Made by a program: the position numbers and the translations under genes
In this document: in pieces, positions 1-10,176 of the stretch
Layout of the letters: every line of letters begins with the position of its first letter
Position numbering within the stretch: the first letter of the stretch is position 1
Notes under the pieces: generated by a model
The model's input: only the letters and a program-made list of their open reading frames with translations
The model's database searches: none
What the model was told of the DNA's origin: nothing
From: a virus
Taxonomy: Duplodnaviria > Caudoviricetes
Length of the DNA: 64,000 bases
Virus record (IMG/VR): IMGVR_UViG_3300027708_000016
Direction: 5' to 3' (one strand)

Positions 1-1201
1 CAATTTCCAATCCATGATCACCACTTCCATCATTTGCATCAATTTTAATATTTGCACCCTTTAAAACGGTTTTACCCTTTGATGCCAAATTCAATGTACC
101 ATCACTTGCAATGATATTCATACTACCAGCAAGATAATCAGAATGTCCATTAGTACCTAAAACTATTCCATGAGCACCAGCATTTATAGAAACTTTATTA
201 TCTGCAACGATATGATACTCACCGCCTGGCGTCATATCAGGTGGTACACTATCATACTGGATACAAGAGCCTGGCGACGATGGAACAGGAATAGATGTTG
301 CATCTTTACCCTTTTCCAGTGCTACCATTTGAGGCGCAGCAACACCTTTTGCATATGCTGGTAAATCATTAATTTGTCCAGAACCAACAATTATTGAAAA
401 ACTACCTTTATGGTGTTCACAAACACTACTAACAGATAATTGTTGTTCAAGTTTGTTAATGTCATCAGTTTTTATCTTCCATAATTCATCAGCAGCAGCA
501 TTAGCAGCTTCGGTTTTACCAGAAGAAGTTTCAATCATTCCGTTTTCGCATGATGGATTACTACAATTTTTACCACCTTTTGCGGCAATTGCAGACCCGC
601 TACTCATAAATGGAACAATTAAACATGAAAGAATAAACTGAACTGCATTCATTGGAAATTTAATTTTTGGGGGCCAAAAATACTTTCCTATTGTTCTTGC
701 TATTGCTGTAGCTTTTTCACTTGCTCTATCTTGTGCAATTTTAGTTGAACAAACAGGACATTCTACTTTATCACCTTTAGTTTGTTCATAAGCATTAATT
801 TTTGCAGTTTGTATTTCAGCTAAATGACTTTTTAATTGTGCATGTAAATCGGTTGCAGCTTGTCCATGATCACCACCCAATTCAACTTTATCACCAATGG
901 TGTAATGATTTCTATCACCCTGAACTGTATCTTGAACAGCACCCCTTACGGATGTAACTTTATTACCACCAACTTCCAACGAGTAATCACCATAAGTTTT
1001 AAATAAACCACCACCAGCCATAAACTTTAAAAAGCTTTTTGAGGTTCCATCTTGGAAAGTAGCACTTGAATAGTTATTCCAAACTACCGATGATCCATCT
1101 TTATTATAAATAGTATTAAAACTTAATGAACCTGCTTCTGCATTAATACCGTCGAGTTTTATTACGTTGTTTGGTGTTGAAATGTCTCCTGTTGTTGCCA
1201 T
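1..1201 (-). CDS. gp5-like spike C-terminal (beta-helix) protein, 3'-truncated by window edge
   Basis: Hand-translated open frame from ATG 1201 (MATTGDISTPNNVIKLDG...) to base 1; beta-repeat segments (VTSVRGAVQDTVQGDRNHYTIGDK; YHIVADNKVSINAG); directly follows the gp5 OB-fold gene; missing from ORF track because it has no stop. Confidence 0.7.
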   Translation of the reverse strand, partial: MATTGDISTPNNVIKLDGINAEAGSLSFNTIYNKDGSSVVWNNYSSATFQDGTSKSFLKFMAGGGLFKTYGDYSLEVGGNKVTSVRGAVQDTVQGDRNHYTIGDKVELGGDHGQAATDLHAQLKSHLAEIQTAKINAYEQTKGDKVECPVCSTKIAQDRASEKATAIARTIGKYFWPPKIKFPMNAVQFILSCLIVPFMSSGSAIAAKGGKNCSNPSCENGMIETSSGKTEAANAAADELWKIKTDDINKLEQQLSVSSVCEHHKGSFSIIVGSGQINDLPAYAKGVAAPQMVALEKGKDATSIPVPSSPGSCIQYDSVPPDMTPGGEYHIVADNKVSINAGAHGIVLGTNGHSDYLAGSMNIIASDGTLNLASKGKTVLKGANIKIDANDGSGDHGLEI

Positions 1202-1205
1202 ATTT

Positions 1206-2474
1206 TTATACTCTTGTTAAATTTTGATTTCCTACTTGATAATTAGTTGCTTCTTGTACACTTGCAAAGTATACAGGTCTTTGAACGTCTCCATCATAGA
1301 AAAACACCCAAACTTTTGCACCAACTGCGGGTCTTGAAAAGAAACCAGCAGCACCACCAACTGAACTTGGCATAGGAACACCTGCTTCTGCTGCTAGTGT
1401 ATCTTGTATTTTAATGGGTTGAGCAGTACCCGTTGGGGTTGGAGAAGGTGTTGTTTGTGGACGTTTAACACCTGCTAATTTATCTGATATAACATTTGGT
1501 GATAATCCAGCAAAACGATTTACTGTACCATATTCACTAGCTACACCTTTATGTTTAATTAGTTTTCCATTAGAATTATAAACTGGAGACCCAAAAATGG
1601 CATTTTCAGAATTACTCAATTTATCTACAATTTTTCGTGCAGTTGCAGCACTTTGTGCTGCTGGATCATATATGTTTGCAGCGGTTACCCCTAAATCGCC
1701 TATACTATTACTAAATAAACCTTCTGATATTGCATATGTTTTTCCATCATTTGAGAAATTTTCTGCATATTGATTATTAATTGCTATATATTGTCCATAT
1801 GTTACAGATTCATGTAAAGCTAGGGAATCTAGAAAATTAGCCCATTGATCAGCTGTTGGTTGAGAACCAGCAGGACCTAATGCGTAACTTTCACCATCAG
1901 ATGGGGATGGTACATTAGCCAAATATTGTTGTGCTGTTTGTAAATTAATTTTATGCATATCATCTAAAGTAATATAATCTAGATTTGAATAATCAGTCCT
2001 TAAATCAACCGTTGGATATCTACCATCATTTTGAACATTTCCTGTTTGACCATTAGCACCAATATCAGTTCCATGATATGCGGTAACACTTATTGCTGGT
2101 TGATTATTTAAATTTTGAGATTTTGCATTAATAAGCATTAATGCTGGTGTCACTGCCAAAGGGTTAGCAGTATAAGATGGCATTGCTGATGCATTACCAG
2201 TAAATTTAATTGGTCCTGCCGTACCACCACCAAAAGCAGGAACCGCTATTTCACTCCAAGGTAATTGCTCCTTTAGTCTTTCCAAAACACCACCACCAAA
2301 AGCAGAATTATTAACTTCTGAGGATTTAAAAATCTTATCGGTTAATCCTTGATTCCAATCTGCAAACAATGTATTTGATACATGAGGAACAAATATCTGT
2401 AACCTTCCTCTGTTTTCTGGATCTTGGTTATTTATTACAATACCAACATGATTTGAAAAAACTGGATCATACAT
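1206..2474 (-). CDS. Baseplate gp5/VgrG OB-fold protein with inserted putative lytic transglycosylase-like domain
   Basis: GIVINNQDPENRGRLQIFVP...LPWS and RPAVGAKVWVFFYDGDVQRPVYFAS are the two halves of the gp5 OB fold; insert has ALHES / GLFS / YDP. Confidence 0.8.
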   Translation of the reverse strand: MYDPVFSNHVGIVINNQDPENRGRLQIFVPHVSNTLFADWNQGLTDKIFKSSEVNNSAFGGGVLERLKEQLPWSEIAVPAFGGGTAGPIKFTGNASAMPSYTANPLAVTPALMLINAKSQNLNNQPAISVTAYHGTDIGANGQTGNVQNDGRYPTVDLRTDYSNLDYITLDDMHKINLQTAQQYLANVPSPSDGESYALGPAGSQPTADQWANFLDSLALHESVTYGQYIAINNQYAENFSNDGKTYAISEGLFSNSIGDLGVTAANIYDPAAQSAATARKIVDKLSNSENAIFGSPVYNSNGKLIKHKGVASEYGTVNRFAGLSPNVISDKLAGVKRPQTTPSPTPTGTAQPIKIQDTLAAEAGVPMPSSVGGAAGFFSRPAVGAKVWVFFYDGDVQRPVYFASVQEATNYQVGNQNLTRV

Positions 2475-2479
2475 AAAAG

Positions 2480-4291
2480 TTATTGGGTTTTGCCCGTGAA
2501 TATATTTCCAATAGTAGTTCCAACTGCTTTAGTTGCATTACCAACATCAGATGGTATACCTGCCAACCCTCCACCAATATCACCAAATGCTTTTGAAAAA
2601 TTGCAAGCATCGTTTCCAAGGTTTGTTACGGTTTGACCAGCAATAGCTCCAATGTTACTACCTAAATTAGCAGTAGCTGTTGCTAATGGATTTACATCAC
2701 TAATAATTGAAGTATTAACAGTTTTTAACGCAACAGGATTAGAATTAACATCAATTTGTGTACCATCTGTTGCAGTGTAAGAATTTGCATTGATCGGTGC
2801 AAAATTAGGTGGAAACTGACCACCAAAATGAGTATAAATTGCCGTTGCCTTGGATAAAATATTACCCAATGGACTTTGTGATGCAGCATAAGAAGAACCA
2901 TATTTACTTGCCAATGCACCTAACATATTACCTTGCAAAGCTTGTAAAACATAACCATATTGGAAATTTGTCATTTTATCACTGATGAATCCATTTGGAT
3001 CATTAGCCATTTGATTAACCATAATTATAATATTGTTAATCTGTGGCGGTAAAAACGATTGAATTGTTCCTAATGGATTTTGAACAAATGAAGAAGTTAT
3101 ATTTAAATATTGTTGAAAACTATTTAAATAATTTAACCAAGGACCTGCCATTTGAAAAAGTGAAGTAAAAAAATTAATATCATTTAAAACAACTTGTAAA
3201 GTATCTAAAATTAAACATAATAGATCAAGTGGTATAATATCATTTATTATACTAATAATTTTCTTTTGTATCTGAGCCATGATACCGTTTATATATGCAT
3301 AAATTTGTTTAACTATTGCAATACATCCTTGATATATATCTGTTATCATTTTTTGGAATGCAGCTATTGATGCTTCGATACCATGAACCAAACGACTCAA
3401 AGAACTAAAACTTCCTTTTGGTGCAGCTAACCACGAATGAGTTCTTATTTTATTACAGAAGGATTCTAAAGCGGCTGTGGTGCCAGGATGTATACCCTCT
3501 AATATTTTTTCCACTAAACTTGGAGCATGTTTTGCGGGTCCTGTAATAGGACTTGAAGGTTGAGCAGTGCTACTGGCAGCAGTAGCACCCCATGCACCAG
3601 CACTTTTAAAACATCCTTTTTTCCACGCAGGAGTTAATTTTAAGTAAGGAATTAAATTTGCATCTTTACCCATTAATACAAATCTTTTCTTAAATGCATC
3701 GTCGATAACAACTTGATTTTGTGTTGGTGATAAATTTGCAGACATTACATCACAATCAAATCCTTTAACCAACATATGTAATAATAAATATCTTGCATTT
3801 TTATTCAAGTGACATTGTCTAAAAAATAAATAAATTGCAGTCAAGCCTGGTGAGGTTCCATCTTTGTTAACTAAGTTAGTTTGTTTTTCTAAATTTAAAA
3901 TCTTTTTATCAGTTACTTGTTGAGAATTAGTATACGCTGCTTGTTGCTTATCATTATGAGAATCTATGGTTTTTTTAGGATTATTTTGTGCAGCAGAAGC
4001 TGCACTGCCTTGTTGGGGGACACCCAATCCACCACCTATAAATGGTGCATTTGGATCTGAACTACTAGCAGCACCCTGCCCTTGACCATAACCTGCCAAA
4101 TTACCCATTTGCATTGTTGTATCAATGGTAGAAGTTTGCAGAGTCTGATTTATATTTAATGAACCGCCAAATTGCGTCATTGAATTATTTCCAGATGCAC
4201 CATTTGGATTAAATTTATTAATAATATCACTACCACCGTTAATCGGTTGTGAATTTACGGAAGTAGGAGTAAATGTTGTATTGTCAGCCAT
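2480..4291 (-). CDS. Hypothetical 603-aa protein in baseplate operon, probably virion-associated
   Basis: Long ORF co-oriented with and abutting gp5; Gly/Asn-rich termini, helical core. Confidence 0.6.
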   Translation of the reverse strand: MADNTTFTPTSVNSQPINGGSDIINKFNPNGASGNNSMTQFGGSLNINQTLQTSTIDTTMQMGNLAGYGQGQGAASSSDPNAPFIGGGLGVPQQGSAASAAQNNPKKTIDSHNDKQQAAYTNSQQVTDKKILNLEKQTNLVNKDGTSPGLTAIYLFFRQCHLNKNARYLLLHMLVKGFDCDVMSANLSPTQNQVVIDDAFKKRFVLMGKDANLIPYLKLTPAWKKGCFKSAGAWGATAASSTAQPSSPITGPAKHAPSLVEKILEGIHPGTTAALESFCNKIRTHSWLAAPKGSFSSLSRLVHGIEASIAAFQKMITDIYQGCIAIVKQIYAYINGIMAQIQKKIISIINDIIPLDLLCLILDTLQVVLNDINFFTSLFQMAGPWLNYLNSFQQYLNITSSFVQNPLGTIQSFLPPQINNIIIMVNQMANDPNGFISDKMTNFQYGYVLQALQGNMLGALASKYGSSYAASQSPLGNILSKATAIYTHFGGQFPPNFAPINANSYTATDGTQIDVNSNPVALKTVNTSIISDVNPLATATANLGSNIGAIAGQTVTNLGNDACNFSKAFGDIGGGLAGIPSDVGNATKAVGTTIGNIFTGKTQ

Positions 4292-4332
4292 ATTTTTATT
4301 GCAATAACAAAATTCTTTGCTATACTATATTT

Positions 4333-4944
4333 ATGCGTAAAACCATATTTTCATACCCTAATATCATTGGAATATCAGGTGCTGCTCGTTCTGGAAAAGA
4401 TACTCTCTGTAGAGCTTTACAAAGACAATTTGCTAAAAAAGATATTTTAGCAGTAAGAAAATCAATTGCTGGTGATACTGTAAAGTCAGATTTACAAGAA
4501 TTAATTGAAAGAAAGTTTAATTTAGATTCTTTTACGGAAAAAAACGACGAAAAAGAATTCATGCGTCCTCTTCTTGTTGAATATGGTAAAATGCAAAGAG
4601 CAAAAACCCAAGGCAGATACTTTATTGAAAGATTTGAACCAGAACAATACGCAATAAACATATTACCAGATATTCGTTATGTTGAATATCTCAAGGATGA
4701 AGTTCAATGGCTTAAAAATGAAGTCGGTGGCTTTTTGATTTTTGTAGAAAGAGATGGAATTTATGATGCCAATGATACAGAAAAGGTGAACAATAAAATT
4801 ATTTGTAATCTAGCAGATTATAATGTTAAATGGAGTTCATTGTCTGAAAGTATACCTGATGAAAAGGAGCAAATTGATCAACAGGCTCATAGAGTTATAA
4901 GTTGGATGACTACCATTTACCAATTGGACAAACAGCAGCCTTAA
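4333..4944 (+). CDS. Deoxynucleoside monophosphate kinase (T4 gp1-like)
   Basis: IIGISGAARSGKDT P-loop, RPLLVEYG, ILPDIRY motifs; start moved to ATG 4333. Confidence 0.8.
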   Translation: MRKTIFSYPNIIGISGAARSGKDTLCRALQRQFAKKDILAVRKSIAGDTVKSDLQELIERKFNLDSFTEKNDEKEFMRPLLVEYGKMQRAKTQGRYFIERFEPEQYAINILPDIRYVEYLKDEVQWLKNEVGGFLIFVERDGIYDANDTEKVNNKIICNLADYNVKWSSLSESIPDEKEQIDQQAHRVISWMTTIYQLDKQQP

Positions 4945-5212
4945 TATAGGTTTTAACTGCCATAAAACACCCACATTTTGTGCATCTTTGGGATGTTTTT
5001 TGATAAAATTCACACCCTTCGCAAATGTTTTTTCTTTTATTTGAATCTTCATTAGAAACATTCAATGGATTACCTTCTGCAATTCCTTTAACACTATCAA
5101 CGGTTGTTCTTACTATATTCTTAGCCATTTGTAGAGCAGTAGGCATTTGAACTTTAGGCGTTATATTGGCAGCATTACGAATTAACAACTTCTTTAATTC
5201 TTCTTTATCCAT
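4910..5212 (-). CDS. Small Cys-rich protein (DUF6171-like)
   Basis: CEGCEF...RCTKCGCFM..K....A.CPIGKW pattern. Confidence 0.6.
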   Translation of the reverse strand: MDKEELKKLLIRNAANITPKVQMPTALQMAKNIVRTTVDSVKGIAEGNPLNVSNEDSNKRKNICEGCEFYQKTSQRCTKCGCFMAVKTYIKAAVCPIGKW

Positions 5213-5213
5213 A

Positions 5214-6914
5214 TTAATATTTACTATTATCCTTTGTGAATAAATTTGACCAGCTATCAATTTTAACTGCTACAACCTCAGTGTTATAATCGTCTTGGGA
5301 AAAAACATGATTAACTTTTACAATTAACCATTGCCCTAAAACTCTATCATCAAAAGGATTTTTATCTGCACCCGAAGATCCTAATCGATCTATGAAAATA
5401 AACTTACCCGGCGTTCTCATTGTTATCCCTTTAACTTTAAATGTTAAAGTTTCGTTTAAAAATATAGCATCTTTTAACATTTTTGCTCCAGAATAATTTG
5501 GGGGAAAATATTTACTGGGAACAAATATATTTTTTAAATTTATACCTTTTCTGTTGGTTTCATTTATATTTAACAATATACCAGCACCACTTGGATTAGG
5601 ATGGGATGATGAAAAATTAAACAATCCAGTTTTAGCTAATTTTTCTAAATTATTTTTTACATCTATTGCCCTGTTTCCAGTATGTTTTACACTAAATTGA
5701 TTAGTTGAAAAATCATAAGTGTGTACAGGTGCATTTGTTATTCTTGCTGAATCCATTGCAACCATTGGTGAAAAACTATATTGAAATATTCTTGAAGCAA
5801 TAGCAGATGAAAAGTTTACAGTGTTTTTATCATTTGTTGCATTTGGTGCTCTTGAAACAGAAGGTTGAGCGTTTTCAGCACCATCTTCTATAAAAAGTCT
5901 TTCTATTTGATTTTTATTAGCATTACTAAAAAAATTAGATAGTGAATTAAGTTTCCAAGTTTTATCAAGACTTGATCTACCAAAATTAAGTAAAACGGGT
6001 CCGTTATCCAATCCTATACATCTATCCAAAGCATATTTTACATCATCCAATGCACTAGAGTTTGAGGGTGAGCTATAATTAATATAGTTATCGGGCGCAC
6101 CAATATCCCAATTTTTATTATCAAAATTTGCCATTGATTGAGTAGGTGAAGCAATAGATTCACTTTGTAAAAATCCAACTTTTATAAAATCACCTTGGTT
6201 TTGATTTATGGTAAATGGATTATTTCTAATTGTCGGTGTGACTGATGCAGCAGTCATTATTATGTCCTGTAAAGCTAACGAGGGATTTATTGATCGTTGT
6301 GAATCCGTAAGACTAGCTGCGGTTAAAGTTGAACCAACATTATTTAAAAGACCACCCGTATTAACTGGTAATTTTTTTCTATATATTGAACTATAAACAG
6401 TTGAGTATTCTATGTTTCGTTCTGATAATATTTGAAATCTTTCATCCCAAAAATAAAGTTTTTTTAATTTTTGTTGATTGTTACCAGTTTGTATATCTTC
6501 AATATCATAAATTGAAAAATCAAAAGACATTTCCCACATATCATGAGGGTATACATCTTCAGTATTTGTCGGATCAACTGGATAAATTCTAAAACTAATT
6601 TTATTTCTACCATCTGTTCTAAAAACATAAGGAGCTTTAATTGCTGGTAATGTTATTTGATTATTATTTTGTGATACTATAGTACTATTAGAACCTCTTT
6701 CAAATATTTCAAAATCACTTCTTAGAATAATCCATCCTTTTGTTATCCAATCAATTAATGATTCGTTAATTGAAAAAGAATTTACAAATAAAAATGGAAC
6801 TTTTACAGGTGGATAACCTTCCAATTGATTATAAAGATATATTTCTATATAGTAACTCTGATCTCTTATCTGTACTATAAAAGGAGAGTCTGTATAATTT
6901 TTATTATCAGCCAT
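5214..6914 (-). CDS. Baseplate hub protein (gp27/gp44-like)
   Basis: C-terminal TFKVKGITMRTPGKFI...GQWLIVKVNHVFSQDDYNTEVVAVK typical of hub proteins; context. Confidence 0.7.
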   Translation of the reverse strand: MADNKNYTDSPFIVQIRDQSYYIEIYLYNQLEGYPPVKVPFLFVNSFSINESLIDWITKGWIILRSDFEIFERGSNSTIVSQNNNQITLPAIKAPYVFRTDGRNKISFRIYPVDPTNTEDVYPHDMWEMSFDFSIYDIEDIQTGNNQQKLKKLYFWDERFQILSERNIEYSTVYSSIYRKKLPVNTGGLLNNVGSTLTAASLTDSQRSINPSLALQDIIMTAASVTPTIRNNPFTINQNQGDFIKVGFLQSESIASPTQSMANFDNKNWDIGAPDNYINYSSPSNSSALDDVKYALDRCIGLDNGPVLLNFGRSSLDKTWKLNSLSNFFSNANKNQIERLFIEDGAENAQPSVSRAPNATNDKNTVNFSSAIASRIFQYSFSPMVAMDSARITNAPVHTYDFSTNQFSVKHTGNRAIDVKNNLEKLAKTGLFNFSSSHPNPSGAGILLNINETNRKGINLKNIFVPSKYFPPNYSGAKMLKDAIFLNETLTFKVKGITMRTPGKFIFIDRLGSSGADKNPFDDRVLGQWLIVKVNHVFSQDDYNTEVVAVKIDSWSNLFTKDNSKY

Positions 6915-6916
6915 AA

Positions 6917-7528
6917 CTATTGACAAGCAAGACTATTAACATCTGCTAATAATGAAACATCAAGTTGATTAAATGAAAAGGTTACGGTACAATTTATTTC
7001 ACTTGGATCTTGATTGGAAAAATTTATTTCACCTAGTGTAGTTGGAAATGCATTACTGTAAGTAAAAGAAATAATTTTATTATTATATTCATCTAAAGAT
7101 ATTATTGAAAATTCAGAAGTGTATTGGTGTACAGGATTAGTTAATATTGGAAGTTGATTTGGTTGTATAGGTGTATTACGAGCAGTTGCTATATCTGATG
7201 AAGATCTTTTAGAATCATTAAATAGATTCATCCATTTCCACAATATCCAATAATTCTTATAACCATTATCAACTAAAAATTTTATACTTAATGGATTATA
7301 AGCTGGTCTAGAATTTGAAGAAATTTTATGAACCTGTCCACCAAAAGGAACACTTATATCTGGTACGGAAATTTGTGGTACAGGAGAACCGTAAATTGAA
7401 AATTGTAAAGGATCAATCTTGTAATTTTGACCCAAAACATGATCATATTGATCTTTCATTGCCTTTGGCAAATCCAAAACCATTATGAATTTATCATTAC
7501 GTGACCTATTTAAACTTGCTTGATTCAT
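6917..7528 (-). CDS. Tail completion protein (T4 gp3-like, tube fold)
   Basis: PLSIKFLVDNGYKNYWILWKWM and FSNAFPTTLGEINF-type tube-fold motifs. Confidence 0.75.
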   Translation of the reverse strand: MNQASLNRSRNDKFIMVLDLPKAMKDQYDHVLGQNYKIDPLQFSIYGSPVPQISVPDISVPFGGQVHKISSNSRPAYNPLSIKFLVDNGYKNYWILWKWMNLFNDSKRSSSDIATARNTPIQPNQLPILTNPVHQYTSEFSIISLDEYNNKIISFTYSNAFPTTLGEINFSNQDPSEINCTVTFSFNQLDVSLLADVNSLACQ

Positions 7529-7530
7529 TT

Positions 7531-9417
7531 TTAAAATAATATGCTTGGCATATATCCTTCTCCTTCATATTTATCTATTTTTTCAGGTCTTAATGTCTTT
7601 AAAATAGGTAAATCATTCTGTGGTGGAGGATTTATACCATCCCATTTGGTTAACCAATTGGTGAATTCGGCAACGTCATTGTCCATTAATGGGTTGTGTT
7701 GTTCATCAAACGTTCCAACCCATGCCATTGGCGTTGATGTTATAGAGCTTTTTTTGTAAATTGATACTTTACCTTCAAAAATAGGACTTTTTTTAATTAA
7801 ATCTGTATTATCGATCAATGGTTTTATCTTTAAAGGTCTCCCTTGATCATCAAATTCGGTGATATTAAAATATTTCATAGCCAAGGATGGATCTAATAAG
7901 AATAACGCCCAAACCAATGCTAAAACTCTGTCATCTAAATCTTTGTCTGTTCTTTTACTGAATGTAAAATTTGGAAGTTTAACAAAAGTTGACAATTCTA
8001 TTGCAGTATCAAGATCATTCAACCTTAATGCCTTCAAACTATTTGCCCAATATCTAAAATTTGTTATACCTTTGTAACGGGTATTAGTATGATTATGTAT
8101 ACCAAGTCTATTATCATTGTTATAATGCTTACTCATACCCTCAAATGTGTAGGTAACTATGTTTTCATAGTTGTGTGTACGAGCCAAAACGTCTAAAACT
8201 TGTTGACCATTGTTATTATTTTCAATTAATATAGGTGGTCTACCCCAATCTTCCAATACTCCCATTAATCTTGTTCCAAAATTATAAGGGTTTATTGTAT
8301 TTGACGCATAAACTGCAACTTGTTCAACACAGGTTAAATCAGAAACATCTAATATTTGAGCAACACTATTTGATCTTCCAATTCCTTCACCAACGTCAAC
8401 GCCAATTACATAAAAAGATCCTTCCTTTGGCTGGGTAAATATTTTATAGTCACCGTTATCCATAACTAAAATTGGATCTCTACAAGATGATTTTAATCTT
8501 TCTAATTCTTCGGGGTCAATTGCAGTTTTACCTTTTTCGTGGAAAACATTTCCATACTCCTGATCAAAATCTTCCTTGGAACCACCTAATAAATCAATAG
8601 CTTCTTTTTTCCAAATCTCGTCACGACCTGGCACATCCCACCAGTTAACAGTTTCCAAATGCCATCCACTTTTTGGGTCTTTACCTTGTTGAACAAGATC
8701 ATAAAATTGATTATCTACTCCATTAGGAGTACTAATAACCACAAGTTGTGATTTTTTCATCGAAGAAATAATAGGAATAGCTGATTTCCATAATTCTTTC
8801 ATCAAATCGTTAGGACAGTGAGCCATTTCATCAATAATCAGAAGATTACTTGTTGTTCCACGAGGTCCAGCACTTGATGTGGAAGAAACAGTTATCTTTG
8901 ATCCGTTTTCCAATTCAAATCCATCTTTTCTCCATGACTTAACCGAAGGTTTCATCCATATGGGAAGTTCTTCAAAAGACATTTTGATACGTGCAAAAAT
9001 TTCTTTTGCAGTATCTTCCTTGTTTGCTACGATTGTAATCCTCTTATCATCTTGGAAACACACCATCCATAGCGCATAAATGGTGATTGTGGTCGTTTTT
9101 CCACTCTGACGGCTTGAAAGTACCACATTAAATCTATTATTAACAAATGCCTTTAATAATTGTTTTTGATATTTGTATAATTTAATTTTTTCTTTACCGC
9201 TTTCGGTAATAATATAAAAATATTCTTCAGCAAAATGCAAAATTTTCTTTGCACAGGTTTTTATCTCCTCAATCATCTCAGGAGTCCACTTGATTTGTGC
9301 GTTACCTCTTAAAAGATTTTCGTTTCCCTTATAAAAATTACCATCAATTAATACGTCTTTGTTACTGAGATCAGATAATGAAGGAGTATCATCTACTATT
9401 TTAGGTTTTCTTCCCAT
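7531..9417 (-). CDS. gp17: Terminase large subunit (T4 gp17-like)
   Basis: SSRQSGKTT Walker A, LLIIDEMAH Walker B, ISTPNG, FDQEYGN, IGVDVGEG nuclease motif. Confidence 0.97.
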   Translation of the reverse strand: MGRKPKIVDDTPSLSDLSNKDVLIDGNFYKGNENLLRGNAQIKWTPEMIEEIKTCAKKILHFAEEYFYIITESGKEKIKLYKYQKQLLKAFVNNRFNVVLSSRQSGKTTTITIYALWMVCFQDDKRITIVANKEDTAKEIFARIKMSFEELPIWMKPSVKSWRKDGFELENGSKITVSSTSSAGPRGTTSNLLIIDEMAHCPNDLMKELWKSAIPIISSMKKSQLVVISTPNGVDNQFYDLVQQGKDPKSGWHLETVNWWDVPGRDEIWKKEAIDLLGGSKEDFDQEYGNVFHEKGKTAIDPEELERLKSSCRDPILVMDNGDYKIFTQPKEGSFYVIGVDVGEGIGRSNSVAQILDVSDLTCVEQVAVYASNTINPYNFGTRLMGVLEDWGRPPILIENNNNGQQVLDVLARTHNYENIVTYTFEGMSKHYNNDNRLGIHNHTNTRYKGITNFRYWANSLKALRLNDLDTAIELSTFVKLPNFTFSKRTDKDLDDRVLALVWALFLLDPSLAMKYFNITEFDDQGRPLKIKPLIDNTDLIKKSPIFEGKVSIYKKSSITSTPMAWVGTFDEQHNPLMDNDVAEFTNWLTKWDGINPPPQNDLPILKTLRPEKIDKYEGEGYMPSILF

Positions 9418-9434
9418 TGTTAATAAATACTTAG

Positions 9435-9827
9435 GTGAAAACTAATAAATCTGAACTACCAAAGGGACAAAAACTGGTAGATTTGGGTAAAAAAGATGGT
9501 GTTTTTCAATATAATAGTAATTGGCCCATCTTTGTTTTGCATAAAACAGACCCAACTGGTATATGGACAAGATTACAAAACAAACTTAACATTTTAGAAT
9601 ACCAGAATATTTTACAAAAATTACCAGTTAATGAAGTTGAACAATATCTATATGATAACCCTGATATTGATTTTGAATTAAATATGTTTGATGAGGAATT
9701 TCCTGATTTTTACTTTTTTAAATATAAAAATCAAATATATTGTTATACAAGTGGTAAAAAAGGAAAAGACAAAAATAAAATATATGCTAGGTTTTACTTT
9801 GACTTAGAAGATATTATTAGCTGTTAA
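9435..9827 (+). CDS. Hypothetical protein, opposite orientation inside the tail module
   Basis: 130-aa GTG-start ORF filling the gap, TAAATA 9 nt upstream. Confidence 0.55.
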   Translation: MKTNKSELPKGQKLVDLGKKDGVFQYNSNWPIFVLHKTDPTGIWTRLQNKLNILEYQNILQKLPVNEVEQYLYDNPDIDFELNMFDEEFPDFYFFKYKNQIYCYTSGKKGKDKNKIYARFYFDLEDIISC

Positions 9828-10176
9828 GTTGCAAATTAAGCTGTTGCATTACGGGCCAAACGTATTGAGATTTTAGTAATTTTAATGTCGTTCCAACTTC
9901 GGGTAAAGTTGTTGCATCTTTTATTTGGTTATATTCACAAACTAACCACCATAAATCCATAGTATTATAATAATTATATGATATTAAATACCAAGTATCA
10001 TTTCCTTTTGTAACATATGTATCTTCAACTGATGTATTTTTTGCGGGGAACACATTTATATTTGCTAATAAGTTATAAAAATAAGATCCATCGTTATTCT
10101 GATAGACATTAAAAAAGTTTTCATATCTATAAAGGGATGGTAGATTTGGTAAAGCTGGTAAATTATCTTGTTTCAT
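9817..10176 (-). CDS. Baseplate wedge protein (gp53/LysM-like)
   Basis: YVTKGNDTWYLISYNYYNTMDLWWLVCEYNQI pattern. Confidence 0.8.
   Translation of the reverse strand: MKQDNLPALPNLPSLYRYENFFNVYQNNDGSYFYNLLANINVFPAKNTSVEDTYVTKGNDTWYLISYNYYNTMDLWWLVCEYNQIKDATTLPEVGTTLKLLKSQYVWPVMQQLNLQLNS

Noticed and set aside
170-641. Plus-strand ORFs 170..364 and 453..641
   Set aside because: Antisense to the uninterrupted minus-strand gp5-C frame spanning 1..1201.
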